This document shows, one piece after another, positions 18,731 to 28,026 of a DNA stretch of 64,000 nucleotides (positions within the stretch are counted from its first letter, which is position 1; each line of letters begins with the position of its first letter). Origin of the DNA: Thermodesulfovibrionales bacterium. GTDB lineage: Bacteria > Nitrospirota > Thermodesulfovibrionia > Thermodesulfovibrionales > UBA6898. The notes beneath the pieces were generated by a model. The model worked only from the letters and a program-made list of their open reading frames with translations. It was not told the origin of the DNA and did not search any database. The DNA lies in NCBI GenBank assembly GCA_044450345.1, contig JBIOIY010000003.1, positions 32,001 to 96,000 on the forward strand, in the 5' to 3' direction. The position numbers and the translations under genes are program-made.

Positions 18731-19277
18731 GCTTGACCCGCTTGCGATTATTTCGAAATATTATGAGCCGGGCTCGACCTTGTTTATGATCCTTGTTGCA
18801 CATAGCAAAGCGGTCACGGGAAAGGCCCTCGAAATTGCCGAGAGGGTCGCTCATTTGAATCCGGATATGGAATTTGTCGAAGCCGCAGCGATGCTCCACG
18901 ATATCGGGATCTTTATGACAAATGCACCCGGCATAGGCTGTTTTGGAGATAAAAAATATATTTGTCACGGATACCTGGGGAGAGAACTCCTGGAAAAGGA
19001 GGGCCTGCCTAGACATGCCCTCGTCTGCGAAAGGCACGTGGGTGTCGGCATCAGCATAGACGACATCGACAACCAGAAACTCCCCATACCCAGGCGGCAA
19101 ATGCTGCCGCTCACCCTCGAGGAAAAGATCATTTGTTATGCCGACAAATTCTTTTCAAAGAGACTGGACGCTCTGCATATCGAAAAACCCCTTGAGGCTG
19201 TGAGACTTGTGATCAAGAGATACGGCACTGAGAAGTTGCAGAGATTTGACGAGATGAACATACTTTTCAATAAATAA
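18723..19277 (+). CDS. HD-domain (HDIG) phosphohydrolase
   Basis: HS..V, LHDIG and YADKF motifs. Confidence 0.88.
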   Translation: MNKLDPLAIISKYYEPGSTLFMILVAHSKAVTGKALEIAERVAHLNPDMEFVEAAAMLHDIGIFMTNAPGIGCFGDKKYICHGYLGRELLEKEGLPRHALVCERHVGVGISIDDIDNQKLPIPRRQMLPLTLEEKIICYADKFFSKRLDALHIEKPLEAVRLVIKRYGTEKLQRFDEMNILFNK

Positions 19278-20034
19278 TCTTTTCGAGAAAGAGTCCCTGC
19301 GCAGGGGCGGTCGGTCCGGCCATGGTCCTGTCGCGGGACTGAAGGATCCGGCTGCACTCCTCTACGGATATCTTACCCCTGCCGACTTCTACCATGGTGC
19401 CGACGATGTTTCTCACCATATGCCTGAGGAATGCATTTGCCTCTATCCTTATTTTAATAAAATCCCCTTTGATCGAAGAAGTCATAAAACTCATGTCTTC
19501 GCGCCTTGCTATATCGGCGGCATACACTGTTCGCACCGGGTGTTTTGCCCCGCAGCCGCTGGCCCTAAAGGAGGAGAAGTCGTGTTCTCCGATAAGAAGG
19601 GTTGCAGCCTTGCCCATGCTGTCGAGGTCGAGGCATGAACGCACATTCCAGACATATCGATTAAGAAACGCGGACTGAAGTCTGCCTTCCGAAATAATGT
19701 AGAAATAGCTCTTTCGGGCGGCGCGATACCGTGGATGAAAATCTTTGTCTGTTTCTTCTGTGGCAAGTATTCTGATATTCGGGGGAAGCTTGGCGTTTAA
19801 GGCCCTCATGATGACATCCGCATCGAGGAATGAGTCCGTGCCGAATACTGCCACCTGGCCGAGCGCATGGACCCCTGCATCTGTCCTGCTGGCCCCGGTG
19901 AGCCTGACCTCTTCGCCCGTGATGCGTTGAACCTTATTTCTGATAATGTCCTGTATCGTCCCGCCCGACTTCTGGGATTGCCAACCATGATAGTTCGTCC
20001 CGTCGTATTCGATTAAGAGCCTGATGTAGCGCAT
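19267..20034 (-). CDS. truA: tRNA pseudouridine(38-40) synthase
   Basis: EYDGT.YHGWQ, SRTDAGVHA and FLRHMVR motifs. Confidence 0.96.
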   Translation of the reverse strand: MRYIRLLIEYDGTNYHGWQSQKSGGTIQDIIRNKVQRITGEEVRLTGASRTDAGVHALGQVAVFGTDSFLDADVIMRALNAKLPPNIRILATEETDKDFHPRYRAARKSYFYIISEGRLQSAFLNRYVWNVRSCLDLDSMGKAATLLIGEHDFSSFRASGCGAKHPVRTVYAADIARREDMSFMTSSIKGDFIKIRIEANAFLRHMVRNIVGTMVEVGRGKISVEECSRILQSRDRTMAGPTAPAQGLFLEKIIY

Positions 20035-20150
20035 CGATTGATTTTCAGGGAATAGAGGGTTTTAGTCAAGGTGCAGTGAAGAGGAGACATATGTCTTTAC
20101 CTTTTGACAAATCTCCCTTGAGACAATTATTATCGAAAATCAATGCGCAC

Positions 20151-20846
20151 ATGCTGACCCAACTCAAGAAAGACATGGAACCTCTCGCCGATCCGGAAAA
20201 GGCCAAAATCCTTGCGCGCTTTTTCAAGACGGGGAAGGGTCAGTACGGCGAGGGTGATGTCTTTCTCGGGATCGTCGTCCCGAAACAACGAACTGTCGCG
20301 AAGAAATATTCCGGGCTGCCGCTGAGAGATATCGGCCGTCTTCTTACGAGCAAAATCCATGAACACAGGCTCGTGGCCCTTATTATCCTGGCGAACGCAT
20401 ATAAGAATGCCGATACGGAAGGCAGGGAGAGGATCGTGGATTTCTACCTGAAGCAGGCGAGAAATATCAACAATTGGGACCTCGTCGACCTCTCAGCTCC
20501 CAATATCCTGGGGGAATACCTTTTAGATAAGGATAGGACGGTGCTTTACCGGCTTGCCGGATCGAAAAACCTATGGGAAAGGAGGATCGCGATCATGTCT
20601 ACTTTTGCCTTCATAAGGAAGAATGACTTTAAAGACACCCTCCGGATCTGCGAACTCCTCCTGAACGACAGCCATGACCTGATCCATAAGGCGGCCGGCT
20701 GGATGCTCCGGGAAGTCGGGAAAAGGGACCTGAAGACCTAGGAAGATTTTCTCGAAAGACATTACAGTCTGATGCCCAGGACAATGCTCAGGTATGCCAT
20801 CGAAAGGTTTGGGGCAGAGAAAAGGAGAATGTTCCTGCACAAATAA
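20151..20846 (+). pseudogene. AlkD-like DNA alkylation repair protein with an in-frame TAG at 20739-20741
   Basis: NNWDLVD and HDLIHKAAGWMLRE motifs. After the TAG the frame continues EDFLERHYSLMPRTMLRYAIERF...*, the family's usual C-terminus. Confidence 0.8.
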
Positions 20847-21014
20847 TCCCGGTTTGGAAAAATTGTCTGAGGCCGGGTTTTCTTCCACAGTGAGGCCGCC
20901 GGCCCTACAGGGAATCAATACGAAACGGCTGTGTTGACAACAGGAAGTGTCTTCCCTATAGTAATTAGCAAAATCCTGCCTTCGGAGGGAAAGGGGCAAA
21001 AGGGTGATGTCGAA

Positions 21015-21623
21015 ATGAGGACCAGAGTTAATTCGGCGGTTCTGTTGATTGCCGTAATGGGAAGTTTGCTATTTACCCTGCACTGCTATTCTGCAACCTA
21101 TTATAAATATGTGGATAAAAACGGTACGGTTTGCTTTACTGACAGCCGGCAGTCTATCCCGGAGGAATACAAAAGGAAAGCAACTAAAATAACCGACGAA
21201 AAAGAGAATGCCGGTAATAAAGCGAGTGACGCTCAGATAAAAGCAGTCACCGCGGATGATCTCTCCACTGACAAGAAGCAAGAGCTGCCTTTTAAGGAGA
21301 AGATAAAAAATGCCTTGACGGCGCTTACCAATTCCAACTTCTTTAAGCCCGTTTTAGCGATAGCTATATTCATCAGCTTATTTATACTTATCGGGAAGAT
21401 AGGAGTGTCTCTGGGACATAAGCAGTTAAGTTCCGTCCTGAGAATTGCACTGACTGCCGGAATACTGGTTTTTTTAATTCATACGCATATGGAAAAAATA
21501 GCAAATGCCTTCAACTCGCTGATAAAAGATGCGACTGATATCGCGAAGCGGGCTGAGGAGAGGAACAAAAAGGCAGGGGATGCGGGAAAAGATCCGCTCG
21601 AACCGGAAAATCCCCGCAAGTGA
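21015..21623 (+). CDS. DUF4124-like exported/membrane protein
   Basis: Signal peptide, YKYVDKNGTVCFTD motif and two C-terminal TM helices. Confidence 0.65.
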   Translation: MRTRVNSAVLLIAVMGSLLFTLHCYSATYYKYVDKNGTVCFTDSRQSIPEEYKRKATKITDEKENAGNKASDAQIKAVTADDLSTDKKQELPFKEKIKNALTALTNSNFFKPVLAIAIFISLFILIGKIGVSLGHKQLSSVLRIALTAGILVFLIHTHMEKIANAFNSLIKDATDIAKRAEERNKKAGDAGKDPLEPENPRK

Positions 21624-21702
21624 GTATTTGTCCCTTTATTCATCAATAAAGTGTTTTGACAAATCCCGCCGGTAATTTATATAGTTAGTATCTCGAATTG
21701 AT

Positions 21703-22296
21703 ATGACTATTGTACTTGCCACCAGAAACAGGAAGAAGGTCGAGGAGATCAGCAGGATATTCGAAGGATATGATATCCGGTTCTTGACTGTCGATGCATT
21801 TCCCGGCTGTCCCGAAGTGGAGGAAGACGGGAAGACATTCAGGCAGAATGCGGTGAAAAAGTCCGTCCATATCGCCCAATTCACCGGTTGTCCAGCAATA
21901 GCAGATGATTCAGGGCTTGAGGTCAAGGCCCTTGGCGGGGCACCCGGGGTTTTTTCCGCCCGTTACGCTGGTAATGATGCTGATGACGGGAAAAACCTCA
22001 AGAAATTGCTTCTGGAGATGAAAGGGCTGAGCACTGAACATAGGCAGGCGCGGTTTGTCTGCTGCATCGCCTTTGCCTTGCCGGACGGAAAAAACAAGAC
22101 CTTTACGGGACATGCGAAGGGAGAAATCGCAAAAAAACCTAGAGGTTTCAATGGGTTTGGCTATGATCCGGTCTTCTATCCGTCCGGACATGACAGAACC
22201 TTCGCCGAGATGTCAGATGCTGAGAAGGATGCGCTTAGCCACAGGGGGAAGGCCTTAAAAAGTTTATATAGTTATTTGAAAACAATTTTAAATTAA
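21703..22296 (+). CDS. rdgB: XTP/dITP diphosphatase (RdgB/HAM1)
   Basis: ATRNRKK, ADDSGL, GFGYDP and SHRGKA motifs. Confidence 0.95.
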   Translation: MTIVLATRNRKKVEEISRIFEGYDIRFLTVDAFPGCPEVEEDGKTFRQNAVKKSVHIAQFTGCPAIADDSGLEVKALGGAPGVFSARYAGNDADDGKNLKKLLLEMKGLSTEHRQARFVCCIAFALPDGKNKTFTGHAKGEIAKKPRGFNGFGYDPVFYPSGHDRTFAEMSDAEKDALSHRGKALKSLYSYLKTILN

Positions 22297-22398
22297 CGGT
22301 AAAAAAAATATACACTATGAATAGTGAAATTTTTGAGATACCATGTAGTTCCATTCAGATTAATAAGTAATTTTTATCTATTTATGAGAAATATGAAT

Positions 22399-22428
22399 TT
22401 GACTTAAAAAAATGCGGGGGCATATAGT
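22399..22428 (+). promoter_or_regulatory. Candidate sigma70 promoter of the sat operon
   Basis: TTGACT-18-TATAGT in an AT-rich intergenic region. Confidence 0.45.
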
Positions 22429-22704
22429 TATAGGGTTTTAATGGTGTAACGCTCGCATAAGACTTTATTGTTTTGGCTTTAAATCAAACAGTTTTTGGAT
22501 TTTGTGGCTGAATTTTTTGAGACTGGACAGGATTGTGAGGTTAGAGCTGCGTAGCGAGAGCCTTGCAACAACACTATGAGTTCGACCGGCGCTGTTCAAA
22601 TGTAGATCCGTAATATCTCGGCAGACAGTAAAGGCTTTTTTAGTAATTAAGTTTGCAAGGACTAAATTACTAATAGAATAAACCTAATACACAGGAGGAA
22701 GAGA

Positions 22705-23919
22705 ATGGCACTTGTAAACCCGCATGGGAAGCAAAAGAAATTGATGCCTCTGCTTTTGACCGGAGACGAATTAAGGGAGGAGAAGCAGAAGGCGAAAAAA
22801 CTTACGCAGGTAAGGGTCACATCAAGAGAAGCAGGCGACCTCATAATGATGGGAATCGGGGGGTTTACCCCGCTGAAGGGATTCATGGGATATGATGACT
22901 GGAAGGGCGTATGCGATGAGTACAAGATGGCGGACGGCATCTTCTGGCCGATACCGGTCACCCTTTCCACCTCAGAGGGACAGGCGAACAGCATAAAGAA
23001 GAACCAGGAAATAGCGCTGATAGACGAAGAGTCGGGCGAACTCATGGCAACTATGAAGGTCAAGGACAAATATAAGATCGACAAGGCCCATGAATGCAAG
23101 CAGGTCTTCAAGACGACCGAGATGGAACACCCCGGCGTCGTGAAGGTCATGAACCAGGAAGAGATCAATCTCTCCGGTACGGTAAAGGTGCTGAGCGAGG
23201 GAATGTTCCCCAAGCAGTTCGCCGGCGTATATATGAAGCCTTCGGAAACCAGAAAGATCTTTGAAGACAAGGGATGGAACACGGTCGCATGCCTGCAGCT
23301 CAGGAACCCCATGCACAGGTCCCACGAATATCTGGCGAAGATCGCCATAGAGACGTGCGACGGCGTGCTCATCCATCAGCTCCTAGGAAAACTGAAAGAA
23401 GGCGACATACCGGCTGAAGTCAGGGTCAAGGCGATCAACAAGCTGACGGAGCTTTATTTCGTGAAAGACACGAGCATCCAGGCAGGCTATCCGCTTGATA
23501 TGAGATACGCCGGACCGCGTGAGGCGCTGCTCCATGCGCTTTTCAGGCAGAACTACGGATGCAGCCATCAGATCATCGGCCGCGACCACGCCGGAGTTGG
23601 TGAATACTACGGACCGTTCGATGCCCAGAAGATATTCGACGAGATCCCGGCAGGCGCGCTCGAGACCAAGCCCCTTAAGATCGACTGGACATTCTATTGC
23701 ACGAAATGCGACGGCATGGCCTCGATGAGGACTTGCCCTCACGGCAAAGAAGACAGGCTTCTTCTCAGTGGCACAAAGCTCAGGAAAATGCTTTCTGAGA
23801 ACACGGAAGTTCCTGATCACTTCAGCCGTGCAGAAGTCCTCGAAATCCTAAAAGAATACTATGCAGGATTGACCGAGAAGGTCGAGATTAAGGTACATAA
23901 ATATTCAGAAGGCGCATAA
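22705..23919 (+). CDS. sat: Sulfate adenylyltransferase (dissimilatory type)
   Basis: [18 protein letters not shown] and GRDHAG motifs. Confidence 0.97.
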   Translation: MALVNPHGKQKKLMPLLLTGDELREEKQKAKKLTQVRVTSREAGDLIMMGIGGFTPLKGFMGYDDWKGVCDEYKMADGIFWPIPVTLSTSEGQANSIKKNQEIALIDEESGELMATMKVKDKYKIDKAHECKQVFKTTEMEHPGVVKVMNQEEINLSGTVKVLSEGMFPKQFAGVYMKPSETRKIFEDKGWNTVACLQLRNPMHRSHEYLAKIAIETCDGVLIHQLLGKLKEGDIPAEVRVKAINKLTELYFVKDTSIQAGYPLDMRYAGPREALLHALFRQNYGCSHQIIGRDHAGVGEYYGPFDAQKIFDEIPAGALETKPLKIDWTFYCTKCDGMASMRTCPHGKEDRLLLSGTKLRKMLSENTEVPDHFSRAEVLEILKEYYAGLTEKVEIKVHKYSEGA

Positions 23920-23924
23920 AAATA

Positions 23925-23966
23925 CAGCAATCAGCTTTTAGCTATCAGCTGACAGCTAACGGCTAA
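23925..23966. repeat. Six degenerate heptamers (YAGCtnn)
   Basis: CAGCAAT CAGCTTT TAGCTAT CAGCTGA CAGCTAA CGGCTAA. Confidence 0.75.
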
Positions 23967-24059
23967 GTTGAGAGGGGGTGAAGTAGGAAGCAAGGGTTCG
24001 GTTGTCGGTTAGTGAAGTGATGGGTTACTAATATTCAATTCAAATAGGAGGTTTAAGAT

Positions 24060-24506
24060 ATGCCAAGTTTTGTAGATCCTGTAAAGTGCGACGGATGCAA
24101 GGGCGGCGAGAAAACCGCATGCATGTACATCTGCCCGAGCGACTTAATGGTTTTAAACGTTGAATCGATGAAGGCTTATAACCAGGAGCCCGACCAGTGC
24201 TGGGAATGCTATTCCTGCGTGAAGATCTGCCCCCAGGGCGCCATCTCGGTTAGGGCGTATTCTGATATCGTACCTCTGGGCGGTATGGTTTCTCCGATGA
24301 TGAGCTCAGACTCGATCATGTGGACGATCCAGTTCAGAAACGGCAACCTGCAGAGGTTCAAATTCCCGATCAGGACGACCCCTGAAGGCTCGATCGACCC
24401 GAAGAACGCAGCCCACAAGGGCAAGAATCTCGATTCGGAGCAGCTTTCGGACGAAGAGGTCGATAATTTTACGCTTGCAAAGCCGAGTGCTATATTCGGC
24501 AAATAG
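24060..24506 (+). CDS. aprB: Adenylylsulfate reductase beta subunit
   Basis: CDGCKG..KTACMYICP, CWECYSCVKICP and RFKFPIRTTPEGS motifs. Confidence 0.97.
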   Translation: MPSFVDPVKCDGCKGGEKTACMYICPSDLMVLNVESMKAYNQEPDQCWECYSCVKICPQGAISVRAYSDIVPLGGMVSPMMSSDSIMWTIQFRNGNLQRFKFPIRTTPEGSIDPKNAAHKGKNLDSEQLSDEEVDNFTLAKPSAIFGK

Positions 24507-24541
24507 TTTAATAAGAAAATTACAACAGGAGGAATAGAAAT

Positions 24542-26506
24542 ATGGCATTACCAAATAAGCCAGCCGGAGAATTATTAGCAACGTTAGATCCTGCTATTGC
24601 CGAACTCGAAACCGACATTCTTATTGTCGGAGGCGGTATGGCGGCGTGCGGAACTGCGTACGAGATAAAGAAATGGGCCCCTGAAGGAACGAAGATCCTT
24701 CTTTGTGACAAGGCCGCCCTCGAGAGAAGCGGCGCGGTCGCTCAGGGCCTTTCCGCGATCAACACCTACCTCGGCGAGAATACCCCTGATGACTATGTCA
24801 GAATGATCAGGAACGACCTCATGGGTATCGTCAGGGAAGACCTGATCTTCGACTGCGGAAGACACGTAGACAGATCAGTATATCTTTTTGAAGAATGGGG
24901 ACTTCCGATATGGAAGACGCTCGAAGACGGCAAGACCGTTGACGGCGCACAGGGCGCACCGACCCTCAAGGTCAAGACAAAGCCCGTCCGTTCAGGCCGC
25001 TGGCAGATCATGATCAATGGCGAGTCTTACAAAAGGATCGTGGCTGAAGCTGCCAAGGCAGCCCTCGGCACCGAGAACATTATCGAACGATGCTTTATTG
25101 TAAAGCTCGTCCTCGATAAAAACGAGCCCAACAGGATCGCAGGCGCGGTCGGTTTCAGCGTCAGGGAAAATAAAGTATATGTTATCAAGACCAACGCGAT
25201 GATGGTTGCATGCGGCGGCGCGGTCAACGTATTCAGGCCGAGGGCTACCGGTGAAGGTATGGGCAGATGCTGGTATCCAGTATGGAACGCGGGCTCGACC
25301 TATACCCTCTGCCAGGAAGTCGGCGCAGAGATGACGATGATGGAAAACAGGTTCGTTCCGGCAAGATTTAAAGACGGCTACGGCCCTGTCGGAGCATGGT
25401 TCCTTCTCTTCAAGGCAAAGGCAACCAACACCCTCGGCGAAAACTACATGTCAACAAACGCTGAGATGCTCAAACAGTATCCTCCGTATGGATTGGCGAA
25501 AGTACCTGCTTCCTGCCTGAGAAACCACCTCATGCTGAAAGAGATGAGGGAAGGCAGAGGCCCGATCTACATGGATACGCCTACCGCATTGAAGACCCTT
25601 TCCGCAAACATGACCCCGAAGGAAGTGAAGCACCTTCTGGCAGAGGCATGGGAAGACTTCCTCGACATGTCAGTGGGCCAGGCAGGCCTCTGGGCAGGCA
25701 CGAACACCGAGCCTGAGAAGGTCGGTTCCGAGATTATGCCGACAGAGCCTTATCTCCTTGGCTCGCACTCAGGCTGCTGCGGTATATGGGCTGCGGGTCC
25801 CAATGAAGATTGGGTGCCTGAAGCATACAAGATCATGTACAAGGGCAAAAATTACAACAAAATGACCACTGTCAACGGCCTCTTCACCGCCGGCGACGGC
25901 ACAGGCGCTTCCGGCCATAAGTTCTCCTCCGGCTCACATGCCGAAGGCAGGCAGGTTGCAAAGTCCATGGCCAGGTTTGTCAGGGACAACAAGGACTTCA
26001 AGCCTGCTCTCCAAGAATCTCCGAAGGAACTTGCCGATATCGTTTACAAGCCGGTCAAGACCTTCCTGGAGCACTATCAGAAATCGACAGCTGTTGATGT
26101 TAATGTGAATTACATCAAGCCGGCCGGCTTCCAGAGAAGGCTCATGAAGATCGCCGACGAGTACGGCGCAGGCGTTGCAACATCATACGTCACAAGCAAG
26201 GCGATGCTTGACAGGGCATTCCACCTCTTCGGCATGCTGAGGGAAGACTCCGAGAAGATGGCTGCAGGCGACCTCCACGAACTGCTCAGGGCCTGGGAGA
26301 ACTACCACAGGCTCGGCACCATCGAGTCCCATCTCAGACACATCCTCTTCAGGGAAGAGTCCAGGTACCCCGGCTTCTACTACAGGTCTGACTTCGACCT
26401 CGTAGATGAGAAGAACTGGAAGTGCTTTGTCAACTCGAAGTACGATCCTGCCAAGAAGGAATGGTCGGTATTCAAGAAGGATTACATCCAGATAATACCT
26501 GACTAA
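24542..26506 (+). CDS. aprA: Adenylylsulfate reductase alpha subunit
   Basis: RSGAVAQGLSAINTY, WQIMINGESYK and GHKFSSGSHAEGR motifs. Confidence 0.98.
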   Translation: MALPNKPAGELLATLDPAIAELETDILIVGGGMAACGTAYEIKKWAPEGTKILLCDKAALERSGAVAQGLSAINTYLGENTPDDYVRMIRNDLMGIVREDLIFDCGRHVDRSVYLFEEWGLPIWKTLEDGKTVDGAQGAPTLKVKTKPVRSGRWQIMINGESYKRIVAEAAKAALGTENIIERCFIVKLVLDKNEPNRIAGAVGFSVRENKVYVIKTNAMMVACGGAVNVFRPRATGEGMGRCWYPVWNAGSTYTLCQEVGAEMTMMENRFVPARFKDGYGPVGAWFLLFKAKATNTLGENYMSTNAEMLKQYPPYGLAKVPASCLRNHLMLKEMREGRGPIYMDTPTALKTLSANMTPKEVKHLLAEAWEDFLDMSVGQAGLWAGTNTEPEKVGSEIMPTEPYLLGSHSGCCGIWAAGPNEDWVPEAYKIMYKGKNYNKMTTVNGLFTAGDGTGASGHKFSSGSHAEGRQVAKSMARFVRDNKDFKPALQESPKELADIVYKPVKTFLEHYQKSTAVDVNVNYIKPAGFQRRLMKIADEYGAGVATSYVTSKAMLDRAFHLFGMLREDSEKMAAGDLHELLRAWENYHRLGTIESHLRHILFREESRYPGFYYRSDFDLVDEKNWKCFVNSKYDPAKKEWSVFKKDYIQIIPD

Positions 26507-26536
26507 TCTGACGCGGTAAGAAGTTGATTTTATTGT

Positions 26537-26570
26537 GTGTGCCCAGGGCCAGGCCGGTCCCTGGGCACAC
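26537..26570 (+). promoter_or_regulatory. 12-bp GC-rich stem-loop after aprA, no U-tract
   Basis: GTGTGCCCAGGG / CCCTGGGCACAC. Confidence 0.7.
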
Positions 26571-26756
26571 GCAGATTAAGCGGCTGCAGATTAGGCAAAG
26601 GAATTCAAAGGGCCGAATGCTTTTGCCCAGTCTGCAGACTGACCGTTCTTAGGGTCGGCAAATGCTTACCCTGGGAAACAGCATGTGAAAGGGTAAAGGC
26701 ATTGACCCTGAGATTAATTATAAGGCAGTTAACCGAAGTAAAGATGGAGGAACAAC

Positions 26757-28019
26757 ATGGCGGATGAGAAGACCGGAACCCCTGAATCAGGAACGATCTT
26801 AGTAGCAGGGGGAGGAATCAGCGGTATCACGACCGCGCTTGAAGCTGCAGAGGTCGGATACGAAGTGTTTATAGTCGAAAAGAACCCATATCTCGGCGGC
26901 AGGGTGGCCCAACTCAACAAGTACTTCCCGAAGCTATGCCCTCCTACCTGCGGCCTGGAGATCAACTTCCAGAGGATTAAGAATAACAATCTCGTAAAAT
27001 GGTTTACCCTTACCGAGGTGGAGAAGATTTCGGGCGGTCCCGGAAATTATGACGTGACGCTCAAGCAGACTCCCCGTTATGTGAACAATAATTGCACGTG
27101 CTGCGGCAAGTGTGCGGAGGCGTGCGATGTCGAGATACCCAATACCTTCAATTTTGGTATGGACAAGAGGAAGGCTGCGTACCTTCCCCACGAGATGGCT
27201 TTTCCCCAGAGATATGTGCTTGACCCTTCCATAATAGGGACGAAGACCGCCCAGAAGTGCAAGGACGCATGTGTCTACAACGCGATAGAACTCGATGAAA
27301 AGCCGAAGACATTCAGTATAAAAGTCGCATCTATTGTCTGGGCAACCGGATGGAACCCTTACGACGCAAAGAAGATGGACAACCTCTCTTTCGGGAAGGT
27401 CCAAAATGTGATCACCAACATGATGATGGAAAGGCTGGCGGCTGTCAACGGCCCCACGAACGGAAAGATTGTCAGGCCGTCGGACGGCAAGGTTGTCAAC
27501 AACATAGCTTTCGTTCAGTGTGCCGGTTCAAGGGACGAAAATCATCTTCCCTTTTGTTCTTACATATGCTGTCTCGCTTCCCTGAAACAGACGACGTATA
27601 TAAGAGAAGCAAATCCCGAATCCAAGGCGACAATATTTTATATCGATCTGCGTACTCCGGGGAGATACGAAAAGTTCTATAAGAAGGTGAAAGCCGACGC
27701 GAATGTCTCATTTGTGAAGGGGAAGGTTGCAAAGATCGAAGAAGACCCCGCTACGAAGGACGTGATCGTTACGGTAGAGGACACAATGTCGGGCAAAAAG
27801 ATACATGCACGCTTTGATATGGTCGTACTCGCCACCGGGATGGAGCCTTCAACGGCATCGGCGAAGGTCCCGGGCAATGCGCAATACGATGAAAACAACT
27901 TTGTCATTTCAGCAGAGATACTGGCCACAGGCTGCGTGAAGAAACCGTCGGATGTAATGTCGTCAGGGCAGACGGCCACAGGGACGGCGCTCAAGGCCAT
28001 TCAAATGGTGAGGAGGTAA
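26757..28019 (+). CDS. qmoA: QmoA (HdrA-like flavoprotein)
   Basis: GGGISG, YFPKLCPPTCG and QCAGSRD..HLPFCSYICC motifs, plus position after aprA. Confidence 0.93.
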   Translation: MADEKTGTPESGTILVAGGGISGITTALEAAEVGYEVFIVEKNPYLGGRVAQLNKYFPKLCPPTCGLEINFQRIKNNNLVKWFTLTEVEKISGGPGNYDVTLKQTPRYVNNNCTCCGKCAEACDVEIPNTFNFGMDKRKAAYLPHEMAFPQRYVLDPSIIGTKTAQKCKDACVYNAIELDEKPKTFSIKVASIVWATGWNPYDAKKMDNLSFGKVQNVITNMMMERLAAVNGPTNGKIVRPSDGKVVNNIAFVQCAGSRDENHLPFCSYICCLASLKQTTYIREANPESKATIFYIDLRTPGRYEKFYKKVKADANVSFVKGKVAKIEEDPATKDVIVTVEDTMSGKKIHARFDMVVLATGMEPSTASAKVPGNAQYDENNFVISAEILATGCVKKPSDVMSSGQTATGTALKAIQMVRR

Positions 28020-28026
28020 CATAAAA

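Noticed and set aside
22322..22339. Possible Rex operator upstream of sat (TAGTGAAATTTTTGAGAT)
   Set aside because: Only 13/18 match to TTGTGAAATATTTCACAA, with a broken right half in AT-rich DNA.
26584..26637. c-di-GMP-I riboswitch (GGCAAA motif)
   Set aside because: Lacks the GNRA tetraloop/receptor and the downstream GCAAA second stem.
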